DNA of 64,000 bases from Glaucostegus cemiculus (GCA_976551045.1 CDPCPM010000019.1:11594001-11658000), one strand, 5' to 3'. Counted from the first letter of the stretch, positions 1 through 14,176 are shown. Numbers and translations: made by a program. The notes: generated from the sequence alone by a model not told the origin.

Positions 1-720
1 AGCCATGCCCTCTCGTCTTGAGCATCTATGCTTTGGAAAAGAGGCGCTGGCTGTCAACTCTATCTATTCCTCTCAATATCTTATACACCTCTATCAAGTC
101 CCCTCTCATCCTCCTCCTCTTCAGCGAGTAGATCCCTAGCACCATTAAACTTTATTTAGTTTTGTAAAGCAGCATCATCACCTCTCTGCTCTTGAACTCA
201 ATCCCATGATTTATAAAAGCTAACATCCCATAAGCCTTCTTAACTGCCCTATCCACCTGCGAGGCAACTTTGAGTGAACTGTGGATATGAACCCCCAGAT
301 CCCTCTGCTCCTTTACACTGCCAAGTACCTTGCCATTTACCTCGTACTCTGCCCTGGAGTTTGTCCTACCAGAGTGCACCACCTCACACTTCTCTGGATT
401 AAACGCCATCTGCCACCTGTCTGCCCAGCTTTGCATCCTAGCAATATCCCTCTGTAACCTCCGACAGTCCTCCACACTATCCACCACACTGCCGATCTTG
501 GTGTCATCTGCAAATTTACCAACCCATCCTTCCACTCCTTCATCTAAGTCATTTTTAAATATAACAAAGAGTAGAGATCCCAGAACCGATCCCTGCGGGA
601 CACCACTAGTTACAGTCCTCCAATCCGAGGGCACTCCCTCCGCCACAACCCTCTGCTTTCTACAGGCAAGCCAATTCCTGATCCACACAGCTAATCTCCC
701 CTGGATGCCTCAACCTCTGA
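1..720 (-). mobile_element. CR1-clade LINE, RT/3' fragment
   Basis: ORF 152-688 contains SGVPQGSVLG...FADDTK RT motifs; about 145 bp is missing near position 150 relative to the sibling copy at 11085-11857. Confidence 0.92.
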
Positions 721-1437
721 CAAGGTACTTGGCAGTGTAGAGGAGCAGAGGGATTTGGGGGTTTATATCCACAGTTCACTCAAAGTTGCCTCGCAAGTGG
801 ATAGGACAGTTAAGAAGGCTTATGGGATGCTAGCTTTTATAAACTATGGGATTGAGTTTAAGAGCCAAGAGGTGATGATGCTGCTTTACAAAACTCTAGT
901 TAGACCGTACTTAGTATTGTGTTCAGTTTTGGTCGCTGCATTATAGGAAGGATGTGGAGGCATTGGAGAGGGTACAGAGGCGAGTTACCAGGATGATGCC
1001 TGGATTAGAGGATATGGAATATGAAGAGAGGCTTAAGGTGCTTGGGCTTTACTCGGAGAGGAGGAGGATGAGAGGGGACTTGATAGAGGTGTATAAGATA
1101 TTGAGAGGAATAGATAGAGTTGACGGCCAGTGCCTCTTTCCCAGAGCACAGATGCTCAAGACAAGAGGGCATGGCTATAAGGTATTGGGTGGAAAGTTCA
1201 GGGGAGATGTCAGAGGGAAGTTTTTCACCCAAAGAGTGGTTGGTGCATGGAATGTTCTGCCTGGGGTGGTGGTGGAGGCAGATACATTGGACAGGTTCGT
1301 TACATAGGCATATGAAGGAATGTGGAATAGAGGGATATGTGGGAGGAAAGAGTCAGATCGTGTGAGGTTGAAGGACAGCACAACTTGGTGGGCTGAAGGG
1401 CCTGTTTTGTGCTGTATTGTTCTATGGTTCTATGGTT
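721..1437 (+). mobile_element. CR1-clade LINE 3' end, same subfamily, opposite orientation
   Basis: LERVQRR..RGDLIEVYKI..FFTQRVV..WN.LP motifs; ends in TTCTATGG tail repeats. Confidence 0.92.
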
Positions 1438-4400
1438 AAAAGCCTCCCACTTGCTATTTGTTCCTTTACGCACAAACAGCTTCTCCCAATCAACTTTTGA
1501 GAGTGTCTGTTTGATGCTGTGGAACTTGGCCTTCCCCAATTTAGGACTTAAATTTGAGGACCAGTCCTATTTTCATATTTAATGACTATCTTGAAACTAA
1601 TAGAATTATGGTCAGTGGTTCCAAAGTGCTCCCCCCACCATCACACTTCCAAAGTGGGGTTGTGTGGTGTCTTCTTGTAACCTAAATACGCTATGCCTAG
1701 TGGTTCCTTTTTATCCACCCTATTTGTAAAAGCCTCAAAGAGCTTCAGCAAATATCTTAAACATTGTTTCCCTTTCATAAGACCATGTTGGCTCTTGATT
1801 TTGTACATGTCCCACTGATGCCTTCGTAATAATGGGTTCTGGCTCTTTTCCACTGATGTTGGTCTAAATGGCTACGGTTTTCTTCATCATCTCCCTCCTT
1901 TCTTGAATAGTAATGTAACATTCCCAGTTTTCTGGGAGCATGGTTGAGCCCTGCATAAGCAGTGGAAGGAACACACCACCTTGCAACCTATCTATTTGCC
2001 CATCCCATTAATCACCTCCTGTTCAAAATGGGTAAGAATCATCCATACTTGTTAGTAACCTCAAAACTCACAAAACTAGAGTGCACACCATCAAGAGGGA
2101 CTACCAAAGATCTTTTAGTTATACTGTATGCTTTATCTTATAAGGCATATGTACAAAATTTTGATTTCTTGCTAACTTGACCAAGAACATGCACATAAAA
2201 ATGTATTTTGCCTTGTATTTTGGGCTATCTTCTACTCAAAAGCTCATAGGAAATCTGTTGGCACTAGTGAGAATAACGAATGCAGGTCACAATTCCTTTG
2301 AGCAGCAAGATAGTAAATTGGGTATCAGAAGTTTCAGAGCACCCTTTTACAGAGGGTCTGGAACCTATGCTCTATCTTTTCAAGAGAGCAATATCTTTTG
2401 AAATTATCTCAATATCTACTTGAGAACCAATAGATTAGTTTTGAAATGCAGTCATTGTTACGTGGTGAAATACGGTGTGATATTTGTGAACCATTTAAAG
2501 AATGACCAGATGACCTGCTGATGGTGAATGTGGGGATAAATATTAGTCGTGCCACAGGTACAAATCTCTGCTCCTTTCAGATATTTCGGTTGGGTTTTAT
2601 TTTCACTTGAGTAGACAGGAAGTGGTTTATTTTATCAACTCATCAAGAAGGTTGCTCTTCACTGCTGTGTTCTGTCAATGGAGAATAAAACGTGTTCATG
2701 CATACCAAGTTCCACTTCCAAAGTGAGTAATTTCTACACTGTTTAATACTTCTTTTGCAGCTAACTTCGAGTAGTGTAATTTTTTAAACTTGTTTATAAA
2801 CTCTTGTTAGCTTTTTATAAGAACTCATTTGTGGAAAGTCTTAAAGAAATTAGATTTATTGGTATTAAACATTAACTCTGTTCACCTCTATGCAGATGCT
2901 ACCTGATCTCCTGAATAATGACAACATCTGTTTTAATTCAGATTTCCAGCATCTGCAGCATTTTATTTTTGGGGAAATATTTTGGGCTATGACCTTTACA
3001 CCTTGGAATGTTCAAAAGCAATAGGAAATCAAGTAATTTAGAGCCAAGTTAGGTAACTAAAATTGATGTATAAACCTACACCCTCCACTATCACTGATTT
3101 AGCATAATAGGGGTGAACTTGGTCTTTTGCAAAATAGTTGTTAGCAAATCAATTGGCCTTTTTCTGCACAATGTTTGAAAAATGGGCAGGATGTATGTGG
3201 TGGGGGTGGGTTTGCAATTTGTTATCCCCTTTGTGTAACTGCTACTAAAAATTTTTGTCCCTGTTATCTCTAACAAGTGATGCTTTGGTCCATCAATCAT
3301 TTTCTTCAGTGTTCCACGAGTTTACTATGAATCTCCAAAGCTTTTTTGGTAAATCAAGGTGCATCATTTCATAGTTTAATACAGCCACTTCCTTGGCAGA
3401 TGTGAGGAAAGAGGAAGTTGTTTGCAGGTGGGTAGTGCTGAGAGAACATTCTCATTATAAACAATTGTTAGTGGGGACCTGAATTTCAATAACATTTTAG
3501 TACAGAAATATATGCCGTGCACAGTGTCACTACAGGTATTGCAGCTGTCTCCGCTCCAGTGACCCAGGTTCGATCCTGTTTGTTTGGAGTTTGCATTGTT
3601 CTCCCAATAACGGTGTGGATTTCTCCCAAGTGTAGCTCAAAGATGTGTAGGCAAGTTAATTGGCTACTGTAAGTTATGGTGTAGGTGAGTGGTGGTAGAA
3701 TTGGAGGAGTTGAGGGACATGTGAGGGCAAATTGGTTACTGGGATATAGACAAATGGGGTTGATGGGAATGCAGTGAGTCCTGGTATTGATTTGATTGGA
3801 CAAATGGCTGCCTTCATTGTGAGGAAATGTGTGATATGAAAATGGAAGAGTTTTGCCATCAAAGTTCACTGACAGCTGTGATTTTTCACAGAAATGCTGG
3901 TTTCTTTTTGTGGAAACTGTTGTTGAATTTTGCTCTTTTTTAAGAGTATGAGCTTTCTCTTATAAAATGGTGCAGGTTGGGTAGAATAAATTATGAATGT
4001 ATCTTTAAAGCATTTATAATGTGACTACACCATGCTTGAGCAATCTTCCTATGTTATTATTACAGTGGTTCAGATTTTCATCTGGAGGTCTGTCTCTGAA
4101 ACTTTTAAAGTATGGATCAGAGTAGTAATGGGGGAACAGTATGTTGGCAGACATTGACAAAGGGTCACTACGAGTGTACTTTTATCATTAGGGCAGCAGG
4201 AATTCAAAATGATGCCTCTTCACCACCATCTTAAGAGCAATTGAGTTGGATAACAGATTCTGGCCTCACTAGTGTAAACTACATCTTGTAAATGAATATT
4301 TAACCAAAAAGGCATTTTTCAATGACATAGTACTTGCCACTGGGTGAGGACAAATTAAACTTGCAGTGAATAATAATTGTAAGTAATTTACCTTTGCATT

Positions 4401-5094
4401 TCAGCTCTGAATAACTGCTTATTCAGTGATTTCATGTGCACTGGATTGCAGGTCTCTTGAATGCTGTCTCCATTAAATATCTATTAGTGACTGCTGTGTT
4501 AGTGAGTACTTTGATCCTTTACTGATTCTGCTGGGTTTTTTTTGTAGCAGTAGTTTCAAGATGTATTGCTGCTTTTTCTGGTCTTGAGCACCAGTCTTGG
4601 GGATTTGTTTTGTTATATTGTATGAGTTCTGCAGCTTCGCTTGATACTCATGGAATTGTTCTATACGTTCTTCTTCAGATGAGTACATGGAGCCCAACTT
4701 GTTTAATTATCAGACTGTGTGCAGGAAAATACTTATAGAAAAAGGGCTCTACTAACTTCAGATTTAATACTCAAAATAGAATCATTGAAAATTTAATGTG
4801 AATTTTTCTCCTGTAACAAATGTTTTAATAAAAATAGCTAAACAATTTGATTTAAACTTCATTTTAAAAGATCATCTGTTAATCAGCTTAATAGTTACGT
4901 TACTGATCTGAGTTCTTTCCTCACTAAGAAATGAAAGATTTTTTATTTTTAGATTTGTTGGTGTCTGATGCAGATTATTATCAGGACCTAAACTTCCTGC
5001 AAAGAATGTTTGTTCTACTTCAAAGTAGAAATGCATTTTATTTTACCATGTCAGCCTACAGGCAGAACTTGGAGCACATATTAATTAATTGTGT

Positions 5095-5360
5095 AAATTT
5101 TTTTTTAAATTTTAAATTTTTATTTGCAGCGTGGTAACAGGCCCTTTCGGCCCAACGAGTCCGTGCCGCCCATTTTTTTTTAAACCCCCAAATTAACCTA
5201 CCCGTACGTCTTTAGAATGTGAGAGGAAACCGGAGCACCTGGAGGAAACCCACATAGACATGAGGAAAACATACAAACTCCTTACAGTCAGCAATGGGAA
5301 TCGAACCCTGATCGCTGGTGCTGTAACAGCGTCGCGCTAACCACTACGCTATCGTGCCAC
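5095..5360 (-). mobile_element. tRNA-derived V-SINE (HE1-like)
   Basis: Near reverse complement of 24518-24785; A box, B box and GGGTTTCCTCCRGGTGCTCCGGTTT core. Confidence 0.8.
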
Positions 5361-5829
5361 AATTAATCTTGCTTTGCCATTATTTACCAAGTGTTCAAAG
5401 TAACAACAAAAGATGATCTATCAATTCTAATTCAGTCCTTTTGATTTAGGTTTTATTCAAACCATAAGAATAGCCTAATCAGTGGAATTTAGCTATCAGA
5501 AAACCCAGCATTGTCACAATAAATGAAAATTATCTCCGCATCTAATTGGAGATAAAGGATGCATTTTGTCCTGGTAAAAGTACTGTGCAGAATACTAAGC
5601 TCCCAACTCACAGCTGAGATTTTCCATACATTAAGATAGCAGTTTGTCAACAAGACTGTCATCTGGATATGGCAAATGGAATTGAACACTTATGGGACAG
5701 ACCAAAGCAAAATAGCAACATGCTGTGGGTAGGGAACAGATTGTTTGACCATGCTGGGAAATGCTGAAAAATATAGTAGATGTTGGAAAAATAGAATCTA
5801 TTTCATAAATAATAACATTGAAAATTAAA

Positions 5830-7030
5830 AGCAGGTGTAGGCCATTCAGCCACTCTTGCTTCACTGTTGAACAGATGTTGGTTGACCTTTCATCTCAGCA
5901 CCATTTTCCTACACTGACATTATATCCAGTGGTTCCTTTCATATCTAAAAATCTGTCTTTAATATATTCAATGACAGGGGCTCCTTAGCTCTCTGAAGTG
6001 GAGAGTTCCAAAATTACTAGAGGTGGAAGAAATTTATTCTCCTTTATCCTGAATGTCTGAATCCACAGATTGTAATTCCCCTGATTCTATAAACAGCCCT
6101 ATCAGAGGAAAAATCCGTGCATCCACCTTGTCAATTACCATAAAGTATGTTTCAATGAAATTGTCTTCTGTTCTTCTGAACTGGAGTATAAACACAGTCT
6201 ACTTGATCCATTCACTTACAACAAACTGGCACACTGGAAATCAACCTGATTAACCTTTGCTGCACTCTTTGTTACACACCTACCCTTTTAAATAGGGAGA
6301 CTAGACTGAGCTCACCAAGGCCCCATTGAATTCAAGTAAAATGGCCTTACTCTTGTATTCATTCTCTTTCAATATACTGGTTGCTTTCTCATTATTTGCA
6401 TGTTAGCTCTCAGTGATCTAGGTAGAAGGCCATCCAGATCCCTAAACACCAACCTTTTTCAATATCCCATCATTTTTAAAATAACCTCAATTTTTCCTCA
6501 AAGTGGATGACATCACATTCTTTCAGACTATATTCCATTAAACTGTGTTCTTTTCCCATTTATATAACATATCTAAATCCCTTTAACCTCCCTGCATCCT
6601 TGTCGCAACCCATGCTCCACGTTGCTTTGTATCATCAGCCAACTTAGATATATTGCACTTAATTTCCAGATCGATATCATTAATTTAGGCTGTGAATAGC
6701 TCAGACCCCAGCAATGATCCCTTGCATCCCAACTGCAGTCTCCCAACCAGAAAATGACCTGCTTATTCCTACTGTTTGTAAACCAATCATCAATCCATGT
6801 CAATATTATACACTCAATACTGTGAGCTCTGACTTTAACATTCTCTTATATGGCTTCTGAAAGGCCAAATACACAACCTCAGCTGGTTCACCCTAATCTG
6901 TTCTCAGAAATGTTAAAATAATTTATCAAATGTGATGACTCTTTCATAAATCTACAGGGACTCTGCCCAGTTCTGTTTATTATTTTCTGAGATGCCCTCT
7001 TCCTTAATAACAGCATTTTCTGTCCTGCTG
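5830..7030 (-). mobile_element. Old, degraded CR1-clade LINE
   Basis: Fragmentary RT-like ORF 6573-6803 and a CR1-type 3' end near 5835. Confidence 0.65.
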
Positions 7031-8199
7031 ACTTTATTGCAATGAAAACAAATTTACATTGCCTGTACATTCTAGGCATAGAAAATGCTTTAATTTGTTT
7101 TGACAGAAGTTTATCTTTATTTTCACTGGTATTTCCTTGTTATTTTGGCTACTGCAGATTAAAGCTTGATTTCACCTCAATGGGCATTATAAGTCCCTGA
7201 GCCCACTCCCTAAGTCTTCTAGAAGCTTGGGAATGGAGTAAAGGCTCCATCTTTGCCATTTAACAATAAATTTAATTGTTCACTGCTTACCAATGTCAAC
7301 AAATGGTGTACAGGCTTAATGACATCCCACGGTTATTTGTTCTCCAACCCGACTAGGTTATCTTGCAGGTGGTTCAAGCTCCATGTTCCTCATCTACATG
7401 TCCTCTCTTGGGAAATCATGGTGGAAATAGGGACAGCTGATCCCTCGTCATCTTAATTAATATGCTAGAGAATAAAACTTTCTCAGTTCAAGCCGTATCA
7501 TTCTATTTACTTCAATGTGATATAAATTTTCCTTTGCATATATCCCTTGAGCAAACAGTCCAAGGGTTTTTTATTCATTATGAGTTCTTGTCCTCTATGT
7601 GCAGTGGCAGAGAGTGATAACCTGCTCCTTTCCCTAACAACCTTTGCAGCAGCTGCACCAAGCGGGTCTTTCAGCGTGTACTCCTGAACCATGAAATATT
7701 CCGATCTGGAATGTTTGATTATGGACAGATCCTTGCTCTGAGAGCAGTGTGCAGGGAAACTAGAACTTGGCTGGATGTGAAGGGTCTGACATGGAGGGCC
7801 CTTCTTGGCATCAGCCAAGCAAGTTCTTGGTGCTTGTCTGAAAGTTCTTATGATGTAAAATTCTACCAAGTGACTTGATAGCCTAGTCAGTGAACCATCC
7901 AACAGGATTCACCATCACCTTTTTCCCACAAGCCCTTAAGCATGTTCCATGGAGTCTGTGGGCTGATTGACTTGCAGTCAAAGGTATTCCTCTATTCAAA
8001 TTTTGAGGGTATGGCATGATCCAGCTGAAAAGAATGTTCTTCAGCAACTTGTTCTGACCCACCCTCACAACACCAGAGACCGATAGAACCTTCACATAGT
8101 GACAATTGGTGTTTGCTTGTCCAGGGTCCATGCAAATTTGATGCAGTCACATGCAAAAGTAACCATCAGGATGAGGGCCTTGTTGGATACATAATCTTG

Positions 8200-9110
8200 C
8201 CCATAGTAGCTGATTAAATGGTGACAGATTGGGAAATATTAATAATCAAAGGAACCTAAATGTACACAAGTCACTGATAATTAACCTACAAGTGTACCAA
8301 GCAAACAAGAAGGCAAGTGGTGTATTGGCACTTATTTCAAGAGATTTTAAGTACAGGAATAAAAATGTCTTGCTACAGTAATGTCAGGCCTTGGTGAGAC
8401 TGCACCTACAGTTTTGTGTACACTTATGGGTAGCACATTGAATCAGCTAGAAGAGCTGCTGCCTCAAAGCTCCAGCAACATTGGATACAATCCTAACCTC
8501 CATTGCTGTCTGTGTGGAGTTTGTATTTTCTCTGTGGAAGCTCTGGTTTCCTCCCACAAGATGTTTGATTGATAGGTTAACTACCCACTGTAAATTGGCC
8601 CTATTGCCTAGGTAAATACCAGAATCTGGAAAAAAGTTGATGGGAATGTGGGGAGAATTTTTTTTTAATGAGATTGATGTAAATGGGTTCTTGTTCTTTG
8701 CAGACTTGGTGGGCCAAAGAGCCTGTTTCCATACTTTGACTGACTTTTGATGTCCTTGCCTCTGAACATTCACCAGCCTAGTTCCTGGGCTAGTGGTTTG
8801 CCATATGAAGAGAGATTGAGTAGACCTGATCTGTTTTCTCCAAGGTTTAGAAGAATAAGAAGGGATCTCATTGAAACTTGCAAGTTGGATGCAGGAAGGA
8901 TATTTCCCCTAGTTTAGGAGTGCAAAACAAGAGATCACAGTCTCAGAATAAGGGATTAGCCAATAAAGATTATTGTAATGAGAAGCTTCATCACACCGAG
9001 TGGTGAATTGTTGAAATGCCCTATCCAAAGGGCTGTGTAGGTGCAGGCACTGAGTCCATTTAAAACTGTGATCAATAGTTTTTTCAATATTAAAGGATAA
9101 GCAACAATAA
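8200..9110 (+). mobile_element. Degraded CR1 3' part interrupted by a V-SINE-like insert (about 8430-8735)
   Basis: Degenerate CR1 3' motifs on both sides of a SINE-like core (gtggagtttg..ggtttcctccca). Confidence 0.55.
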
Positions 9111-11084
9111 TCAATAAGTGAGATGAGATGGTTTTTCTCTATATTTGTGTAAAAATCCAACTAAGGAAAACATAAATGTAACAAAGAAATACCAAGAAAT
9201 GAACGGGTCAAAAAGAATTACGAAAATACACATGTAAGGGATATCTAATCCAACAGAAGTTCTGTCATTCAGAATGGTACATGAAAAAAAGTGCTGGCAG
9301 TTAAAATCCAAGGAAACCCCTAATTATTTTAAGGGAGTATCACAAAGGAAGTAGTAGGCCAAAAAGAGAGCTTGAATGAGAAGAAGGTAATCTGAAAGTG
9401 ATTCTAAATGAATAGAACAGTTGGTCACAAATGATCCATGACATTATCATGGAAGAGTTTGAAGCATCAGATATGATAAAATTGGAAGGAGTAGAGAAGC
9501 TGGAACTATTAAGCAGACTATCATCCTTCGAACTGGATACATTGCCAGACCTGGATAAAATGTGCCTAAAAGAAGCAAGGGAAGAAGGAGCCAAGGATCT
9601 ATTGACCATTTTCCAATCCACTTTGGGAATGAGCATGGTAGAGAAGAACCAGAAGACTAATAATTGGCTAATATTGTTTGAAAAGGAAGAAGGGAATGAA
9701 CCAAGAATTAAAGGCCAATTAACATGGTGGGAGTGAAGAGCAAATTATTGGGAAAAATTTTTTCAAGGCCAGCGTAAATCAGTATTTAGAAAGGCAGTTT
9801 AAACTAACTTAAACAGTTTAAAGGATGCTCGGAATCGATTGATAAAGGAAGTTGAAGCTTTACTAATTTTTACAAAGAAATCAATGAGGGTGGTTATGTG
9901 TATCAATGTAATCTAATGCAGGAAGGTGTTTGACAATATCCCGCAGATCAGAAAATGAAAGCTTGTGAGATCCTTTAGAGGGGTTGTCAACACTAGAGGA
10001 CATGTATTGAAGGCAATTGATAGAAAATTTAATGGGAGTTGAAGGTGGGGGGTTGGTACTTGCTGCCTGGAAGAGATGATGAAGACAAACCTTAAAAGAT
10101 TCAGAAGTACGTGAAAGAGAACTTGATGTGTTATGACCAATAAAGCTAGATATTGCAATAACTTAAGTGGCCTTTTTTGTCCAACATAAAAACTGTGGAT
10201 TTAATTTCATCTTCACGTGCAAGTAATTTGTGTGATTCTATGATAATTGTGCTGTTGACTGCCCGTTTCCTTCAGATACTGCCTGACCCACTGAGTTCCT
10301 CCAGCAGTTTGCTTTTTGTTTATTAAAACCCACTTCTCTGATCATGTTTTTGGTCATCTCCTGTAATATTTTCTTAAGTAGCTCTATCAAAAACTGGCGG
10401 AAACTCCTGCACTTTGGGATAAATCTAAAGGATTGTGAGGTGGTGAGTTATGCAGGGACAAGAGCATTGAAAGTGGAGGTGGGCAGCAATGGACAGCAGA
10501 GATGGCATGTTAGGGGAAGAGACACAGAAGGATTTTGTGAGTTTGTTTTTTATATTGGGGGATGTTTGGGTTTTGTGGAGGGACAGAACTTAACATCTAA
10601 TGTAAAGTAGCATGGCTGAGTTGTATTATTATCCAGTTTGCTACATGGATGCGTGGCCCTTGCACATACAGAATTGCCAGCAGAGGTCACTAAGGTACCT
10701 ATTATAGTCATTACCTTGCAAGTAGAAAAGATGCAGTATCCCATTTTGAACACCAAACTTAACCAATGTAAGAGATTGTTTTAAAACAGAAAATGTTGGA
10801 AACACTTAGCAGGTCTGCCTTTTTTTTTGTTCTGCACCACAACCACTAAGTTTCCTTTAAATTCTGTCGGAAGACGATTATCACCCCTTGCTATGTACGC
10901 AATGACGTGTCAACTTAGTTTTTACTATCCAAAACTTTTTGTAGGTAACCAATTTGCCATGATATCACAACTTTGGTTGAAACTTGCTGTATCACCTTTC
11001 CCCTTGACATTCTAATCTCCTTGCAGCACCCATTGTCCTTAAAGCCTAGGTATGCTTTCCCAGGCCCCACCCATACTGCTGTAA

Positions 11085-11857
11085 TAGAACCATAGAACAA
11101 TACAGCACAAAACAGGCCCTTCGGCCCACCAAGTTGTGCCATCTTTCAAATGTATCACAATCTAACTCTTTCCTCCCACATATCCTACTATTCCACATTC
11201 CTCCATGTGCCTATCTAACAATCTCTTGAACCTGTCCAACGTATCTGCCTCTACTACCACCCCAGGCAGTGCATTCCATGCGCCAACCACTCTCTGGGTG
11301 AAAAACTTCCCTCTGACTTCTCCCCTAAACTTTCCACCCAATATCTTAAAGCCATACCCTCTCGTCTTGAGCATCTATGCTTTGGGAAAGAGGTGCTGGC
11401 TGTCAACTCTATCGTCCCCTCCCATCCTCCTCCTCTCCAACAAGTAGAGCCCTAGCATCTTAAGCCTCTCCTCATATTCCATACCCTCTAATCCAGGCAT
11501 CATCCTGGTAAATCGCCTCTGTACCCTCTCCAACGCCTCCACATCCTTCCTATAATGCGGCGACCAGAACTGAACACAATATTCTAAGTGCTGCCTAACT
11601 AGAGTTTTGTAAAGCAGCATCATCACCTCTCTGCTCTTGAACTCAATTCCACGATTTATAAAAGCTAACATCCCATAGGCCACCTTAACTGCCCTATCCA
11701 CCTGCGAGGCAACTTTGAGTGAACTGTGGATATGAACCCCCAGATCCCTCTGCTCCTCTACACTGCCAAGTACCTTGCCATTTACCTTGTACTCTCTGCC
11801 CTGGAGTTCTTCCTACCAAAGTGCACCACTTCACACTTCTCCAGATTAAACTTCATC
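11085..11857 (-). mobile_element. 5'-truncated CR1 LINE, same young subfamily as 1-1437
   Basis: ORFs 11375-11701 and 11162-11374 are near-identical to 755-946 and 954-1307; tail repeat at the left end. Confidence 0.92.
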
Positions 11858-13318
11858 ACTAATAGAAGAGTGACTCCTATAGTGAGTCGTATATTGATCT
11901 TCGGTGCTCTCGTATATTCTCTGAGCAGCTTGCTTTGTTTCTACTCAATTTTCAAAGAATAACTGGGTTCTGCACCCACCACCATCACCACCACCTCTTC
12001 CTTCGAGGACTTCCTCTGTTACTTCCTTTCTAAATTACTGTATTAAGATTCCTCATTCCTGGCAATTTTTCTATCTCTGCATACCTGTGGCCTCTTGTGT
12101 TCCTTAAACGTCTATAATAAATGGGTTGGAGATCATTTGCATGATTGCTGTATCAGCTCTGCTACAATATTTTTGTTTTCATGGTGGTCACGACTGAGAC
12201 CATCTGTGGTTACCTTTCTAATCCTTAACTAAGTCTTTGACTCTCACATTACTCGTCACAATATTGGTGTAACAATAGATCTGTTGAACCACTCTCTACC
12301 CTCAACACTTCTGCTCAGGAATTGGTCTCTGGTCCCCTCAGTTCCTAAAGGAACTAGTATTCAACTGGTCTACCTGTCCATCAGCAGATCCTCCTCAATG
12401 CCATCAGTTGCTAACAGGCTTGCCTCTCTGTCCCAGGTTCTACCTAGTGAGTAAGGATAGAATCTTAGAATCAGTGACTTTGAAACCTACACACTGCCTC
12501 TTTCATTGTCATGTCCAGTATTCAAGGAACTAGTGAACAATTTTGTAACCAAGACTGGGACTATCCTCAGCAGCTTTTATCCCCTCCTCCTGGCCCTCTG
12601 GGCTAAACCTTCCCCCGGTTCTAGACTCTGATCACATGTCCCCACTTGTAGTGAAATGTAAACTTTTCTTGAATTTAAAAGCAGGTTGGCAGGCCATTGG
12701 AATAGGGATATATTTTTGAATTTGCTTTATTTCTTTTACTGTTTTATTTTGATTTTTTTTTATTCCCCTGCACTTGCTGAGAGCAAATGGCTGTCTCCCA
12801 TATTGGTATGTAAATAGCTGAAATGTACACAAGGTGAGGCAGAGTGACTCCTACTCATTTGCTTCATGGAATGATACAGCACAAAAACAGACCCTTTGGC
12901 CCATCATGTATGTCCAACCATCCACACTAATCTCGTTTACCTTCTGTTGGTCCATAGCCTTCTATGCCTTGCCAATTCAAGTGCTTGGCTAGAGAAGTGA
13001 TGAGGAAGTACCTGCCTCTTCCAGGCCCTCAGCCAGTTCTAGATTCCAAACACCCTCTGGGTGGAAAAAACAAATTTTTCCTTTTCTACACCTCCTTACT
13101 CCTTAAACCCATCCCCTCCAATTTTAGGCACCCTTGCCATAGGGAAAAATTACCTACTAACTTTCATATCTGTTCACTTATTGGATATTTGCATCTAGTA
13201 ACAAGGGGGACAGAGTGAGGAGTGAAACCTGGAATAAGATTTCTACAGGGTTTTACAGATTTCCAAATTGGTCTATGTTCTGTGTTTTATTTAATGCAAA
13301 TCTCTGTTTGTTTTACAG

Positions 13319-13490
13319 ATGAAAAATTCATTGACTGAAATCGTGCATCTTGCTGCAATGGATTCTGACTCCTGGGTTCAGATGGTGGCAGACATTCTCA
13401 AAACTTTTCCTGACACTGGCTCCCTTAACCTTGAACTGGAGGAACACAATCAGAATCTACAAGAAATTCTCGGTGAACTCAGAGAAAAAG
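13319..13490 (+). CDS. NELFA: Negative elongation factor A, coding exon 2 (exon 1 lies upstream of the window)
   Basis: ttttacag|ATG...AAAG|gtact. Encodes MKNSLTEIVHLAAMDSDSWVQMVADILKTFPDTGSLNLELEE..., matching the vertebrate NELF-A N-terminal region; 172 bp. Confidence 0.96.
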
Positions 13491-14014
13491 GTACTTTTAG
13501 AAAGGTTGAAATCCAACACATTCCCACAAGTGTAATTTTAAAGATGCAGTTTTCATACACTTAAAGTTAATGACTTCTGAAGGGGGCAGTGCCTGCATTT
13601 TATCAATGCTGTTAAATTTCAGATGTTACTTGTGGGATTGAGGAAAATCTAGTTAATGGACATTTTTAACAAGAAAACATGCAATAATAAATCTTTTTTA
13701 AGTGTTTATGATTCACATTCCAAATCACAAGTTTTCCCAAAATCCCAGTCCCTCTACCCTTTTCCCCCACCCTGCCACCACAGATTTTTTTTTGTACTTT
13801 TTGTTTGTTAAAGGTCCTCATGGAAACAATTTGTTTCTGTCTCGTCTATCAAAATCATACGAGTTTAAACACCCTGCCTAATTACCAGGCTGGCAAATTG
13901 ATAGTTACAGTAGGTGATTGGATCAGTCTTATTGTTTTTTTAAAAATGTTTTAGGCATTTTTGGCAGGCACAGGAGTTTGATTATTTTTAATATATTTTT
14001 TAAAACCTGACTAG

Positions 14015-14176
14015 TTAATGAATGTGAAGCCTCTGCTATGTTGCCTTTGGAGTGCCAGTACTTGAATAAAAATGCCCTGACAACCCTCGTGGGACCCCTC
14101 ACGCCACCAGTGAAGCATTTTCAACTTAAACGAAAACCCAAAAGTGCCACGCTCAGAGCAGAACTGTTACAAAAAT
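14015..14176 (+). CDS. NELFA: NELFA exon 3
   Basis: ctag|TT...AAAAT|gtgagt. (V)NECEASAMLPLECQYLNKNALTTLVGPLTPPVKHFQLKRKPKSATLRAELLQK; phase 1-1. Confidence 0.96.

Noticed and set aside
4473-4697. 74-aa protein-like ORF antisense in NELFA intron 1
   Set aside because: No recognisable motif or supporting exon structure, and the length is within chance expectation.
7507-8131. ORFs in a moderately GC-rich intronic stretch
   Set aside because: No recognisable homology or splice-compatible chain; possibly an old repeat that I cannot classify.
13319-13321. ATG as the NELFA start codon
   Set aside because: It follows a strong splice acceptor and the conserved N-terminus of about 70 aa is missing, so exon 1 must be upstream of the window.
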